Source: a virus. From it: a stretch of 64,000 nucleotides of DNA. The notes under the pieces were generated by a model, which saw only the letters and a list, made by a program, of their open reading frames with translations, was not told the origin of the DNA and did no database searches. Location of the stretch: the IMG/VR virus record IMGVR_UViG_3300034071_000380, positions 1-64,000 of that record, one strand, 5' to 3'. The position numbers and the translations under genes were made by a program. This document shows positions 20,301-28,413 of the stretch, one piece after another (positions within the stretch are counted from its first letter, which is position 1; every line of letters begins with the position of its first letter).

Positions 20301-22511
20301 TTCTGCAACAATTCCTGTTGAAACTCCACGTACCGAGCTGACTCCCTCTATCTTTGGCAGGTCGCCAGACATATACATTTGTGGGTTATTGCTTATTTTT
20401 TGATTAACTAATGGTGCTCCTGGAACAATGCCAAATATTGTTTGTGCAGCTTTTTGTTCTGGTGTCATCTGGCTTACTGGATTTGGATGAGAAAAAGATC
20501 TAGTATCTCTATCGCTTACAAGTGGGTGGCTTGGAACAACTTCTCTTGCACCAGCAATAATTGTTTGCCCAGCAATTGTTGATATTGTTGGTTGTGATGA
20601 AATTGTAGCTGATCCTGCTTTTGTTTGTAATTGAGTTAATTGATCATTTACATAGCTAAGCGCTTCTCCAAGTGCCATAGCTGCTTTAGCATCATTATAA
20701 AATGTTTGCTCTACTAAGTTTCCAGCTTTTTGTGCTGCTAAAATTTCTGGTGTTAATAAACGCCATCCTTCGCCGCCTTTGAAAAATGCTCTAAGATGAG
20801 CGGCGCCCTTAACAACATATCCTAAGAAGTTTGCAAGCACACCAGTTAACATAATAAGTGGTCCAGCCAGTGCTGTGAATCCAGCAAATAGACTCATTAA
20901 AGTTTTTACTGGTCCAGGTAGTTTATTTGCAAAATTTACAATCTTGTCAAGAACATTTATTAAAAATGTTCCAACATTTAAGAACTGCTCTCCTACTCCA
21001 GCCAAGTCTGCTTTTAGTTGCTCTAATGCTCTACGGAATCTACCAGAAGCAGATTCAGTAATTTGTGCTAATTCTCGTCCAGCTACACTTGCTAAGTCAC
21101 CTGCGCTTGCATTCATTAAATCTAAAACTTGTAAAGTCTGGCTACCCTGTCTACCTAGGTTATCAAAAAGGGCTGATAGTCTAGCAAATTGGAACTTACC
21201 AAAAAGTTGTTCAATTGCTTTTGTTTTGCTAAGAGGATCAAGTCTGTCTAAAGCTTTTTGCAAATCTAAAATAGTGGCAGTTAGGTTTCCAGCGTTACTT
21301 GTAACGATTTGTCCCAAATCAATGCCAAGACCCATGAACATTTCTTTTGCAACTTTAGTAGGATTGATAAGTGAAGCTAGGGATGATTTAATTGCATTTG
21401 CGCCTTCTGATGCATTAATTCCTCCTTCTTTCATTGCAGTTAAATATAAAGCAAGATCTTCTATATCTCCACCCAAAGATTTAATTACTGGTCCCGCCTT
21501 TGGAATAGCTTCTACTAAATCATTAAGAGTTGTTGAAGTTTGGTTTTCAACAGCGTTGAGGAAGTTAATAGACTCTGCTAACTCTTGAGTATTTTGATTA
21601 AAAGCTGTTTGAATTGCAAGAGTGGCCTTCATTGCTTCTTGTCTATCTACTTCACCAAGAACTGAAAGTCTAGTAGTTTCTCTTACTGAGTTAAGGAGCT
21701 CTGCTCCTTCTTTTCCAGTTGCAGCTATATCTGCAGATAAGGCTATAGTTTCTTTATAAGATGCGCCATACTGTGCTGCTAATTCTTTTGCTGTTGCAGC
21801 AACTTCTTTTCTTACTGTAGCTAGCTCTGCTGCAGAGCTTCCTGCTATTCCGCCATAAACTTTTGTTAAACGAACTAACTGCTCGTCTGCTTCTCTAAAT
21901 GCATCTGCTGCTGCTTTACCAAATGCTGCAATTGGAACTGTTAAACCAACTGTTAGCTGTCTACCTGCCCACTGTGTATTTTTACCCCAGTTAATTAATT
22001 GAACTCCGCCATCTTGAATAACCTTATTAAAGATTTGCATTTCTTGCTTAAGCAGAGCTGCTTTGTTTTTAGTTTCGTCTAAACCTCTTGGTATATTAAC
22101 ATTGAATTGCATAAGCCCCTCGGCATTTCTACCGAGAGGCTGAATGATTGCATTCTGTAAAGCTACTTGCTGTCTAGCAAGATCTCTAATTAATCCGCCA
22201 GAAGTTCTACTGTGCTGTTGCCAGACACCGTAATACTCTCTTAACTTTAATCTACCCTGATCTAAATTTTTTCCAAATTTATCAACATCAGCTGTTAAAT
22301 TAACAAAGTGTGTAGAGAATTGTCCAGTACTTCTTAAAGTACTTGCAAAGCCCTGCTGTATCTTTGTTGCATTTAAAGCTAACGCTTTATCTGTGTTAGT
22401 TAAAGTTTGCTTTAATTGAGATAACTGAAGATTAACCTTATTAACATTTGAAATAAGATCTGAAAAGTCTGCACTAGCAACTATATTGGTGACTACATTT
22501 TCGCTAGCCAT
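11355..22511 (-). CDS. giant tape measure protein with embedded ADP-ribosyltransferase, CHAP and LysM domains
   Basis: Follows tail chaperones; N-terminal TP901-like tape-measure core; LYRG/SSWS/SEQE ART motifs; AWCGAF/HVGLV/IEGNT CHAP motifs; YTVGRGDTLSAIAAKYG LysM. Confidence 0.92.
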   Translation of the reverse strand: MASENVVTNIVASADFSDLISNVNKVNLQLSQLKQTLTNTDKALALNATKIQQGFASTLRSTGQFSTHFVNLTADVDKFGKNLDQGRLKLREYYGVWQQHSRTSGGLIRDLARQQVALQNAIIQPLGRNAEGLMQFNVNIPRGLDETKNKAALLKQEMQIFNKVIQDGGVQLINWGKNTQWAGRQLTVGLTVPIAAFGKAAADAFREADEQLVRLTKVYGGIAGSSAAELATVRKEVAATAKELAAQYGASYKETIALSADIAATGKEGAELLNSVRETTRLSVLGEVDRQEAMKATLAIQTAFNQNTQELAESINFLNAVENQTSTTLNDLVEAIPKAGPVIKSLGGDIEDLALYLTAMKEGGINASEGANAIKSSLASLINPTKVAKEMFMGLGIDLGQIVTSNAGNLTATILDLQKALDRLDPLSKTKAIEQLFGKFQFARLSALFDNLGRQGSQTLQVLDLMNASAGDLASVAGRELAQITESASGRFRRALEQLKADLAGVGEQFLNVGTFLINVLDKIVNFANKLPGPVKTLMSLFAGFTALAGPLIMLTGVLANFLGYVVKGAAHLRAFFKGGEGWRLLTPEILAAQKAGNLVEQTFYNDAKAAMALGEALSYVNDQLTQLQTKAGSATISSQPTISTIAGQTIIAGAREVVPSHPLVSDRDTRSFSHPNPVSQMTPEQKAAQTIFGIVPGAPLVNQKISNNPQMYMSGDLPKIEGVSSVRGVSTGIVAEEAAKWHAMTGALAMQSKEEIALLKREVAATGLITTSLSDSYQALLPEMSRLTSLAASESAQIVADLQASKITVEQARARVIALNQQIEAMMGQAATGVATAQGRTINLTQLPIVDQPAFDPVTGKSNMKELTRPRNRGLITRIAEALRVKTFGAPYSTETTRPRRLNMGGQVFTTEQGRFVPGQGNTDTVPAMLTPGEFVVTKEQTARDPEGLHLYNKGKAVIVPIQNRNKGGMIDGMQFFGRMMPNRIVKGLSTTRNRDVVETVHGIKARGADARGFISQIGDIPDPVLKQKYLDVAKNFTDKLTRSKKDPALHSQTSRTLQSKNVSELNSRFVENGLDALPYAEPRHGTHLTVSKKLGDGKVLVSNYIVDYTAATNLSANQNNLRPSDFLRRDLVKVAGVNKYRNQLRAAKIPLSQWDEAEEAIDSAIRTRFENEAQRRGVSVDQLPTIGDRPELGAEFTFTKDVIPEIERVLTQYNPTALYERDYVALKENKVARIQRKNMGGIIQNFGTNMVGRIVKSLSKSKLDKLTAKWKPQMQFRKPGYQYTLGNQDPLHGPLQIGTTMVPKNMQNEPEWTREILYRDDRFARQAVLPQFPIGNLEDRGRYILRQYMAGNYGILQTPGATEAVKTLSRKYTGRLYRGIFLKNNKSNPLPADILDLISQAKLTGDYTPLIGREFIMRRSSWSQNRDVASLFAPGHSAPGDQKAILLEAIVRNRNVVPASDIFPDARFSAPFGQKVAGHNSRSEQESIFGGKFRIVNAGDGKIQLETVVDGARAGGGPVTGGRPYLVGENGPEIFVPKMSGGIIPGFSKGGVVPGVQYFAEENEQRIVQPRIGASGYMKSMLLGQAAGFGLSQVGGRMFGGIGQMGGYMVGQMATDMFLMSKAAGTARTQTTLLTKAFQLFTKMPGPVKLIAVLLGVGVAIKTINDKINERRRIIDSAFGLEEETVKKLNLNYKTLTSSIEKNKKEIELRNAAAAAFKYTTTKAPGQGIDITVKEFDELKKQAKEQLPTELKMLNVASEQELAQKATQLKAMFVSSGMSVENANELIYALISISNKSAQALSVLGDKGFGTITDKASAAKSTLETFNNVIKNGNTDQLSKSLDTALNAYNNLADSIENTKDKNGKLITSSESYQEILKQIKATSSGNVAIGIEGVNAIVKQNAEMNRLLNTTDTLASIMAKVRLSTSGIALDFVNMGPAAAEALSIIIEKQREALKSGPYSQIVKDMAKVSKTNAEQIIQNAELSAKALRKEIELHNKKIQKIKEEADARKKALDEENADEDINLRIKAKQLEYQDKLAAGDMSGAAQAQIAIQQLVGSQQVTLAKRAIDLKAEQDIAAEQSLIDALNARIDGLQNKVDSAKKTADAANAKVENLSSLLTELLALTTSATDGELSPTEKDRLNLLISDLEKAGYKDIARSLSGGGGSYVGSRFVPNPSGIEEIAKSAFGKAIYNEKGELKTSDTEVLGLLKKILSGTPTPTSGARLSFDPATGGFQNRSTGVKYTREQARVMPVPVGGPAGSNQSFVHPTYGGGQSLEMLGPIKDLNQGGYLYKKNGDVLKNNKLVGRWYNPGYDNPGSNFTFAQGGAVKHYAPGGDVMGPGTSTSDSIPAYLSDGEYVIKASSVEKASRNLGPDFLDNLNAGRFANGGKVTKMGTADSMIKTAESMLGYKEGRGNDTIFGSFAQKAYDLKTRFIAWCGAFINWAAKKSGVDLASMIWTPGGAQSFRKSGKWTTMSPLRGDLAFMDFPGDGVNRISHVGLVRKVLSKNAVSTIEGNTSGSGSQRSGGGVLAKVRQYNMKNAPIVGFGRPSYKPVDTIKYGYGTPEYYSADDAKSDYENDRYTVGRGDTLSAIAAKYGISVKQLMEMNPQLNDPKYMGGSRIFAGTKVNIKKFAQGGKVVNSLTDSGNWINGPLTVPRQKKPGVPYSRSGKPIGNPFGQYWGELSRFIGPRSPGMDIWGGTEIPGLKFSGNVPQHSDYMHQMAEQPRKPFTSPGMGVDRDPMRLAGSGASMGGIGSGAYGLGPLMFAGGGRVINPLSDYGPSRLMFHAGGPVGHTHSSAPHAMGMSSMGSVSAALKQKMESSSGRRSGRRRLPAGHMASNYKAPKSVAQKIYDNFLFPAILSLDRVQAAFTGTNPIASTNIEGLKSQQEKIKQQGVTSVIPEIAAQVGLDFGSFLLPAAAGNASIRGLAEGYGLSKGLPGLGSLLPKGSIPYATSAVPQFTSNAITAAMIGAARPFAENKISSMIQKPQIKMSADDFKPNNVYPPFVIHEGKNVPVYSGNAFGNDAVVFQGLTENLSSLLASHQVTDIIPTTPEGILSYILKKDPNHKKAKSLLDKMNSGYQWGDKDVKEFLMNMLASGSINLKNVDPQDLASPHLFGLRRPELSESLDPAGLAQLISAMRGNTKDAVAIKTKTKAISPLLTKMVQEYIETVRLQQEAVAANIARQGGPRGGLHGIRGEKPLTKAEIAELKARGWEPSYTPLTPRDIPMIRIFNDDFPSTDGSGDLFEKDAATHILSRFFGPKGLPEGTVGTPEELAAARTSRHFGIYDAVQSHMQGEWKPNKPFIVSTLSNLMKYNGKPEQFHSVDTFFLQRFGKPFHYSKKEGELSSGFPLEESAYIAKLKELNLYKPGEAPPIIAEDLLAKEVFYLDKEKYSQAELAQILQAVNENGNLRPIARTEDTMRGSSSEEFYMPARSNYESDEHVSVSRILQILAIDKAKKQIGIDEKYRYAVRGEFSSLNQEEIAEMAANLGVRFDGGHNASDIDMLAHGSGYNPFEYILNAQRAQTGAVGVGISDTQKALGALLMFTRFGKYTSGKTYADEKDLLAAQKSAVSLYARGALSEKDFMSIISNIKEQLKNVEEAAGGGFINNGKIQIPKFASGGYANPSNYSNMSVPSYAMGGLAGPKYNIPTNTVSLGKNQIPGYNKGGAVHHYDVGGFVVNAQPGQDERMIASMVVDMLDQKNVMRAAMSGVGRRN

Positions 22512-22521
22512 TTTTTAGATG

Positions 22522-22893
22522 TTACCCCTTTTCATATCCTAATCCCGCTCCGATTCCAAATCCTGCCTGGGCTGCAAGTGGTCCTTGTAGTGAAACAACA
22601 TCGTTTGCACCTGCATTTATTCCCAAGGCTCTTCTTTGTATATCTTCAAAGGTTGGACCTTCTTGTTCTTCTTCATCTTGACCTAAATCAATTCCTTGAA
22701 TAGATGCTAAGAATCTTCTTTTCTCTGATTCAGTTTTTTGCATTGACTTTAAAGTCTGAATGAGTTCTGGCATTGATAAGTTATCTTCTAGCTCGTCGTA
22801 ATTCTTCCAATGACCTAAAAGAAAAACTTCTCCCAATAAAGCGGCAAGATCTAGTTCTGACCAGCCAGAACCGCTGCCGCTAGAAGGTTTGGG
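22522..22893 (-). CDS. tail assembly chaperone, frameshifted C-terminal extension (gpGT-like)
   Basis: The -1 frame is open from the slippery site CCCAAAC into the 22522..22836 ORF. Confidence 0.8.
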   Translation of the reverse strand, partial: PKPSSGSGSGWSELDLAALLGEVFLLGHWKNYDELEDNLSMPELIQTLKSMQKTESEKRRFLASIQGIDLGQDEEEQEGPTFEDIQRRALGINAGANDVVSLQGPLAAQAGFGIGAGLGYEKG

Positions 22894-23183
22894 TCATCCA
22901 TCTTAATTCCTCCGCATACTTCAAGAATGCGGTTGATTGTTGGAACATCCAATGCGTCTTCTAGTGCATCTCTATCTTTTACTAGATCTGGCAATTGCTT
23001 TTCTAATGCTACTGCACATGCATCAATGAGAATTGTAAGCGTCTCATCTTCTGATGTAACTTCTGCTGTCTTCTGAATTGCTGCCATGAACTTTCTAAGT
23101 TCTTTAATTGTCAAAGGCTTTAACTTTACCTTAGCCCCGTTTTGTAGTTCAATTTCTTCTACGTCGTAGATTGTAGTTGCCAA
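22851..23183 (-). CDS. tail assembly chaperone (gpG-like)
   Basis: Between major tail and tape measure genes; AGGAGG before a TTG start. Confidence 0.85.
   Translation of the reverse strand: MATTIYDVEEIELQNGAKVKLKPLTIKELRKFMAAIQKTAEVTSEDETLTILIDACAVALEKQLPDLVKDRDALEDALDVPTINRILEVCGGIKMDDPNLLAAAVLAGQN
22887..22893 (-). other. programmed -1 ribosomal frameshift slippery site C CCA AAC
   Basis: XXXYYYZ heptamer in the correct phase (GAC CCA AAC). Confidence 0.85.
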
Positions 23184-23240
23184 TTTATCCTCCTAGGATT
23201 GTCTTAATTATTATAACAAAACACTCTTACTAATACAAGC

Positions 23241-23268
23241 AGAAACCCCCAATTTCTTGGGGGTATCT
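23241..23268 (-). terminator. intrinsic terminator after major tail gene
   Basis: Inverted repeat ACCCCCAA/TTGGGGGT followed by a T-rich tract on the minus strand. Confidence 0.65.
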
Positions 23269-23289
23269 GAATTAAATAATTAAATTTAA

Positions 23290-24021
23290 TTATGCATAAA
23301 CACGGTCAATAATCTTACCGTATTCTTGGCCAGCATATGTCGCATCTCCTGATGGGAGAAGACGGAATGTTACTGGGAATGTTGTTGGTGTGTTACGAGC
23401 TAGAGAGAACTGTGACTGCTGTACTGAAAGAACACGACGTGCATAATATACACGCTCATTCTTTCCGTAGCTAGTATTGTTGTAATCTGGAGCTGGTCCA
23501 ACTGCAATTAGCTGGCGCTCAACTGGTGCAGATTGCAAAGCTCCTGCTGCCAAACCTAGAACCTGTGGTGTTGTATCTGTTGGCTCTGCTGTTGTTAGAG
23601 TATCATCTCCGTCAAAAGCTGCGGCATTTACTCCACCTTCAGTAATTCCAGCTGTTCCTCCTGGCTGACCAAACACAACGAGAATATTCTCAAGTGTTCC
23701 TTCTGCCATTTCTGTTGCTAGCATAACTTCCATTGACTCCTTGAACAGCTTAGCTGAATCTAGAAGCTGGTCTACTGTTACGTTACCATATGTTGGGTTA
23801 TAAGTAATCTGAAGACCGTTATTTGTGTATCCAACGTTGCGCCACTTTGTAGTTGCCGCATTAAGTGTAGTTGTATATGATTGGGATGAGTTAAACTCTA
23901 CCTTAGCACTACCCTTTGTTGGATCAAGATTTGAATCGCCATCGAATGCTGCTTGGTTGATGAACAACGGTGAAGCACCTACGATAATGTTCTTGGCTGA
24001 ATTGTATGTATCTCTTGCCAT
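23290..24021 (-). CDS. major tail (tube) protein
   Basis: NIIVGA...VGYTNNGLQITYNP...VDQLLD tube-protein pattern; strong RBS; position. Confidence 0.85.
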   Translation of the reverse strand: MARDTYNSAKNIIVGASPLFINQAAFDGDSNLDPTKGSAKVEFNSSQSYTTTLNAATTKWRNVGYTNNGLQITYNPTYGNVTVDQLLDSAKLFKESMEVMLATEMAEGTLENILVVFGQPGGTAGITEGGVNAAAFDGDDTLTTAEPTDTTPQVLGLAAGALQSAPVERQLIAVGPAPDYNNTSYGKNERVYYARRVLSVQQSQFSLARNTPTTFPVTFRLLPSGDATYAGQEYGKIIDRVYA

Positions 24022-24127
24022 TTATTTCTTACCTCCTGTTTTTTCAAAAAATCTAATAAATCTGTCAAGCTGGCTAGGCTTCTTTCCTCTTGGTATAATA
24101 ATAAGCCTTTTTGGGTAAAAAGGCAAA

Positions 24128-24637
24128 CTATATAAACCGCCCGTTTGAATCAGACAAACGGGAATATTTAATTTCTAGGACTATGTCTGTAGACAAAAAT
24201 CCTTGTAGCTCTTCTGAGGGAGCCGCTGGAGAGATGTCAGCAATAAATATGCTATAGAATTGAAACTTATCTGACAGATTTGTCCAGTTATTTACATCTC
24301 TTGCAGACTCATCTACCCTTCTAAATAAGTCAGTCATAAAATTTCTAATCTCATTGATGTCATTAATATCTGTGGAATATATGGTAAACAATACTTGCTC
24401 ACAGCATATAGCCCATAGGTCTTCATATGACATTCCTATCTTGTCATAGACTATGTGCTTCTTTCCGCTCAAAAAATGATTTAATTCTGGAGATTGTTGG
24501 ACGGGAATAATAGGTACTATTTCATCCCCTATACTATCGCTATAATAATCAGATGCAGTAAATATATCAGCATCCTTTAATTTCTGCCACAAGTACTTAC
24601 GCAATTCAAGCATTGCATCTACTCTATAATTAACCAT
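24128..24637 (-). CDS. putative tail terminator
   Basis: Position just upstream of major tail gene; size. Confidence 0.55.
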   Translation of the reverse strand: MVNYRVDAMLELRKYLWQKLKDADIFTASDYYSDSIGDEIVPIIPVQQSPELNHFLSGKKHIVYDKIGMSYEDLWAICCEQVLFTIYSTDINDINEIRNFMTDLFRRVDESARDVNNWTNLSDKFQFYSIFIADISPAAPSEELQGFLSTDIVLEIKYSRLSDSNGRFI

Positions 24638-25419
24638 TAGCCCATACCTCCAAATGCTGAACTTAGTGCAAAGTCTGCTTGTGATCTAACAGAGTTTGGA
24701 GAAAATGAATATCTAACTCTTCTAATATCTGATGGTAATCCAAGTGCTTTGCTTATTGAACTATTAAATAATCTTTGAAACCCCGATCTTTTAATAGATT
24801 GATTAACCAAGTCTCCTGTAAAGAAATATTTATATGCTACTTTAAAAGAGTCTTTTACTCTAACGCCTCCAGGCTTGCTAACGGTCACTGAGGCCCCTTT
24901 AGGCATAAAGACGGTATCACCACCAACTTCGAATACAATGCGCTCAGATGACCTTGGAGCAATTACTACGGGTACTCCAGATTCCATCACGGAAGCTTTA
25001 TTTGCAAATACATGTGTATGCTTGCCTTTTTTAGTTGGGACCATTGATTTAGATAATTTAAAATTATATGTTAATTGAAATGACAATCCATCCTGTGGTA
25101 ACTTATTTAATTCAAAAAGTCTAGCTTCTTTGTCTCCAGCCTTTTTCCATTCATAAACATGGTGTAATGCTAGGGGTGTCGTTCTTGCTTTTGCATCAAT
25201 ATATTCACCAAAATCTTTTTCTATTTGATTAAATATAACTGTGCTAAATTTATTTTGAAAATTCTTGTTTGATGTCAATTTAGACATTACGGTAGCTTTA
25301 TAATAAACCGCTGCCGATATTTGAGCAACCAAGCTATCCTTTAAATGTTTATTTCTTGTTCCCATCATAAGGGGTTCAAGTCCGCTTGCTGCCGCTACTA
25401 ATGCTGTACTAGAGTCCAA
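24637..25419 (-). CDS. putative neck/tail completion protein
   Basis: Position in neck module; basic protein with LHHVYEW motif. Confidence 0.5.
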   Translation of the reverse strand: MDSSTALVAAASGLEPLMMGTRNKHLKDSLVAQISAAVYYKATVMSKLTSNKNFQNKFSTVIFNQIEKDFGEYIDAKARTTPLALHHVYEWKKAGDKEARLFELNKLPQDGLSFQLTYNFKLSKSMVPTKKGKHTHVFANKASVMESGVPVVIAPRSSERIVFEVGGDTVFMPKGASVTVSKPGGVRVKDSFKVAYKYFFTGDLVNQSIKRSGFQRLFNSSISKALGLPSDIRRVRYSFSPNSVRSQADFALSSAFGGMG

Positions 25420-25837
25420 TTTGTTGGTTCTCCGATCTTTTCGTCGTAGAGTTATATCCTAGGACTCTACCGAATGGATCTGTAAGCGGAGTGGTTCCTA
25501 CAACCTCAAATACCGTTGGTGTATCTGTTGGAAAATTTAATTCTGTCCAAATACAGTTACCTTGTGAGTCACGGATATTTGTAATCTTTTCTCTAAGGGT
25601 AAGCTTTTCTGAAGTTCTTATTTGAACCACCTGATCGTTTACATATTTGTTACTAAATATTTGAGTGTCACTGCTTCTTGTAGTTGCAGAATTACTTACA
25701 ATTCCTTTGGCATGGCAGTCTAAAGTTTTATAATAAACCCACTCTTTTACAATTGATCCAGTCTCTATATCTTGAGCATCAAATTGTTTGTAAACGTCTA
25801 GTTTCATAGACAAGACGGAGTCTATGATGCCGTTCAT
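25409..25837 (-). CDS. putative head closure (stopper) protein
   Basis: Position after adaptor; beta-rich, SPP1 gp16-like size. Confidence 0.55.
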   Translation of the reverse strand: MNGIIDSVLSMKLDVYKQFDAQDIETGSIVKEWVYYKTLDCHAKGIVSNSATTRSSDTQIFSNKYVNDQVVQIRTSEKLTLREKITNIRDSQGNCIWTELNFPTDTPTVFEVVGTTPLTDPFGRVLGYNSTTKRSENQQIGL

Positions 25838-26830
25838 TTATATAAGCACCATAGAAGTAATAATATATGGATTAAGCAATTGGTCTGCAAATTGATTTCC
25901 AGTACCAGAATAAGCCTGTCCAGTATATTCAAACTTCCAGTCAAATGTCTGAACGTTCTTCAAATACTTCTGTCTCCACAAAATATCCTTTGAGAAATAA
26001 TCTTTCATAAGTTCTTTTGCAGCCATTTGAACATTGTCTGGAACTTCATTCCAACCATATCTTCCATAAACACGATATCTGGTGTGCTTGTTAAATGCCT
26101 CACCATTATATGTGTCATTAATTGTTGGTGGAACCATTCCATTTGCAATATACACAGTATTGTCTAAAAGGTTTGTTCTATCAATTCTAATTCCGAATCC
26201 GCTTTCAGTAACCTGTGGAGTATATAGCCAATTATTTACAACTGGACTTACTGTATTATCTACAAGAAGAATGTCGTTGCCGTATAGTTTTTGAATAGAA
26301 TCAATTTTATATGGAAGGGCCAATATGTCTGAGTCCATTCCATATGCAATTTCTACATCATCGTATAGGAAAAAATCTTGCCCTGTGTAATCTTCAATTA
26401 CTTTACGAGCATACTTTTCCGCCTGCTGAATTTGATAATAGGTTTTGTAATTTGGATCGCTTGAATCTACCCCAATATTTAGCTCATCTATTGCTTCATA
26501 AATGTTTGTATATGGAGTTACAACATTTGCATATGTAGTGCCAGTTGCTGAGCTACCACCTACCTGATATTCCCATACTAGCTTAAATTTTCTTTGTCTT
26601 TGAGCATATGATAAAGGAATAACAACTTGATAGTTTCCATAGTCTACTTCAATTTTTGTTGAAGTAAGCGTTGTTAAAACAGTAGTTGGAGATATTGCTG
26701 GAGAGATTGTAACATCTTCAGTAATGTCATATAGCTTTACTGTAGGTGCTGAGTCTGCATCTAATACTTCTCCCTGCCAAAAGATTTTGTGCTTTAGTGG
26801 TGAATTAGTATTTAAATATATCTCTGCCAT
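25838..26830 (-). CDS. head-tail adaptor protein
   Basis: AEKYARKVIEDYTGQDF...YGWNEVPDNVQMAA...DQLLNPY connector pattern. Confidence 0.7.
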   Translation of the reverse strand: MAEIYLNTNSPLKHKIFWQGEVLDADSAPTVKLYDITEDVTISPAISPTTVLTTLTSTKIEVDYGNYQVVIPLSYAQRQRKFKLVWEYQVGGSSATGTTYANVVTPYTNIYEAIDELNIGVDSSDPNYKTYYQIQQAEKYARKVIEDYTGQDFFLYDDVEIAYGMDSDILALPYKIDSIQKLYGNDILLVDNTVSPVVNNWLYTPQVTESGFGIRIDRTNLLDNTVYIANGMVPPTINDTYNGEAFNKHTRYRVYGRYGWNEVPDNVQMAAKELMKDYFSKDILWRQKYLKNVQTFDWKFEYTGQAYSGTGNQFADQLLNPYIITSMVLI

Positions 26831-26845
26831 TATTAACGGTTAAGC

Positions 26846-27241
26846 TCAGCCGTAGAAGTCTTGAACTTCCTTTGGTGTCGCTGGGCGGAACCCCTCCTCT
26901 TTATCAAAAATTGCTTGCGCTTTATCTTTATGCATTGCTACAAAAGGATGCTCTTTGGTGAATGTAAATCCCAGAATATCGTATCTGAAGTTGTTTCTTG
27001 TCATTCTTACCAAAACCGTGTCTTCTGCAAGATCCTGCTTTGGGTTAAACTTTGGAAGGATTTCGATCTCTTCTTTTTCATCTTCAATCTTTTTAATTGT
27101 TTGTTCATATACTGCCCAAGTTACGCCTTCTTCTGTAAGAGCGGCAATAATATCATTTTTGTTTTTTAGGCTATTTGTATCAACTGCAAAGTCCTCTGCA
27201 ATTTTCTTTAGCTCTGCTACCTTTAATGTGTCAAACGACAT
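26846..27241 (-). CDS. Rho-N/HeH-like small protein downstream of capsid
   Basis: LKVAELKKIA...KNDIIAAL helix-extension-helix motif; AAGGAG RBS. Confidence 0.6.
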   Translation of the reverse strand: MSFDTLKVAELKKIAEDFAVDTNSLKNKNDIIAALTEEGVTWAVYEQTIKKIEDEKEEIEILPKFNPKQDLAEDTVLVRMTRNNFRYDILGFTFTKEHPFVAMHKDKAQAIFDKEEGFRPATPKEVQDFYG

Positions 27242-27294
27242 GTAATCTCCTTAGTCTAGGTGTTTTAATTATAGCATTACTAAATTAAAATGAA

Positions 27295-27321
27295 AAGCCC
27301 CCAAAATTAATTGGGGGCCTT
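27295..27321 (-). terminator. intrinsic terminator after major capsid gene
   Basis: GCCCCCAA-loop-TTGGGGGC inverted repeat followed by TTTT on the minus strand. Confidence 0.75.
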
Positions 27322-27342
27322 TCTTGCGGATTTAATCCTAAA

Positions 27343-28392
27343 TTATGAAGCAACCTTAACGTTCTTCACAACTACCCAAGCATCTGCTTGTTCGATCTGG
27401 ACGCCAACACGAGTATACATTGTGTACTCAATTGAGTCCTTACGTGGCCAGAAGAAGCGGTAAACAGTTACATCACGCTTGATACCAATAACAACGTTAT
27501 TTGGGAATGTCAAGTGGATATCTCCGTGGTTACCTGTCTCTCCTGAATAGTCGCCGTCCTGTGCTTCGTTTAGAAGTGGAACTTCAACAATTGGAATACC
27601 AAATGCATAAGGCGCTACGTAACCTGCTGGTCCTGAGACTGGCTGTACATCTCCACGAATAATGCTTGAAGCAATATCCTGTGGGATTGTCTGGTTAGTA
27701 CCGATGCTGTTTGCAAATAGGAAATCTTGGATTAGGTTTGAACCTACCAAGAAGCGAAGGTCTGCACGACGCTGCTTGTACTTACGTGGGAGAGCCTTTA
27801 GCGCAGAGTTAAATGCTGCACGTGTAATTGCTCCTCCACCGTTGTCTACAACGTGACCGTTTGCCTTTGCCTTCTTTACAACGCCGTCAAATGACTTGTA
27901 CAGTGCATCTCCTGTAAGGGATACGTTTCCATTGAGGACTACGTCTTCAATATCGTTACCTGCCTGTGTTGCCATCATACGTGCAATGTGATCTTCTAGA
28001 TCTGGACCCTCAATATTGTCTTCTAGAGACTCTGTTGATAGTTCCCAATCTAGACGAAGCTTCTTTGTTGTCAAAGAAATCTTTGAGAAAGATACTGCTG
28101 AGTTTGCTGCTGTATCGTCTGCTTCGGTTGCAAGCTTCATTAGCTTCTCGCCTACTGACATACGGTCAATCTCTGTTGTATCTGCCTTCATGCGGACTGT
28201 ACGTGCGACCTTACCAATTACGGTTGCGTCGAACATATAGTCTAGAAAACGAGCTGATTGCTCTGGGTTTAGTAGACCGCCTTCACCTTCAGAACCAACG
28301 TGTACACCAGTTGTCGCTACTGCGGCACCAGTCATGTTGGTTGTGACGTGAGTATTAGCTGCTACTGACTTTTCTAATAGTTCATTACTCAT
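27343..28392 (-). CDS. major capsid protein (HK97 fold)
   Basis: GGLLNPEQSARF, ELSTESLEDNIEG, FGIPIVEVP motifs; downstream of protease and portal. Confidence 0.92.
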   Translation of the reverse strand: MSNELLEKSVAANTHVTTNMTGAAVATTGVHVGSEGEGGLLNPEQSARFLDYMFDATVIGKVARTVRMKADTTEIDRMSVGEKLMKLATEADDTAANSAVSFSKISLTTKKLRLDWELSTESLEDNIEGPDLEDHIARMMATQAGNDIEDVVLNGNVSLTGDALYKSFDGVVKKAKANGHVVDNGGGAITRAAFNSALKALPRKYKQRRADLRFLVGSNLIQDFLFANSIGTNQTIPQDIASSIIRGDVQPVSGPAGYVAPYAFGIPIVEVPLLNEAQDGDYSGETGNHGDIHLTFPNNVVIGIKRDVTVYRFFWPRKDSIEYTMYTRVGVQIEQADAWVVVKNVKVAS

Positions 28393-28413
28393 TATATTTT
28401 CACCTACCTTTGT

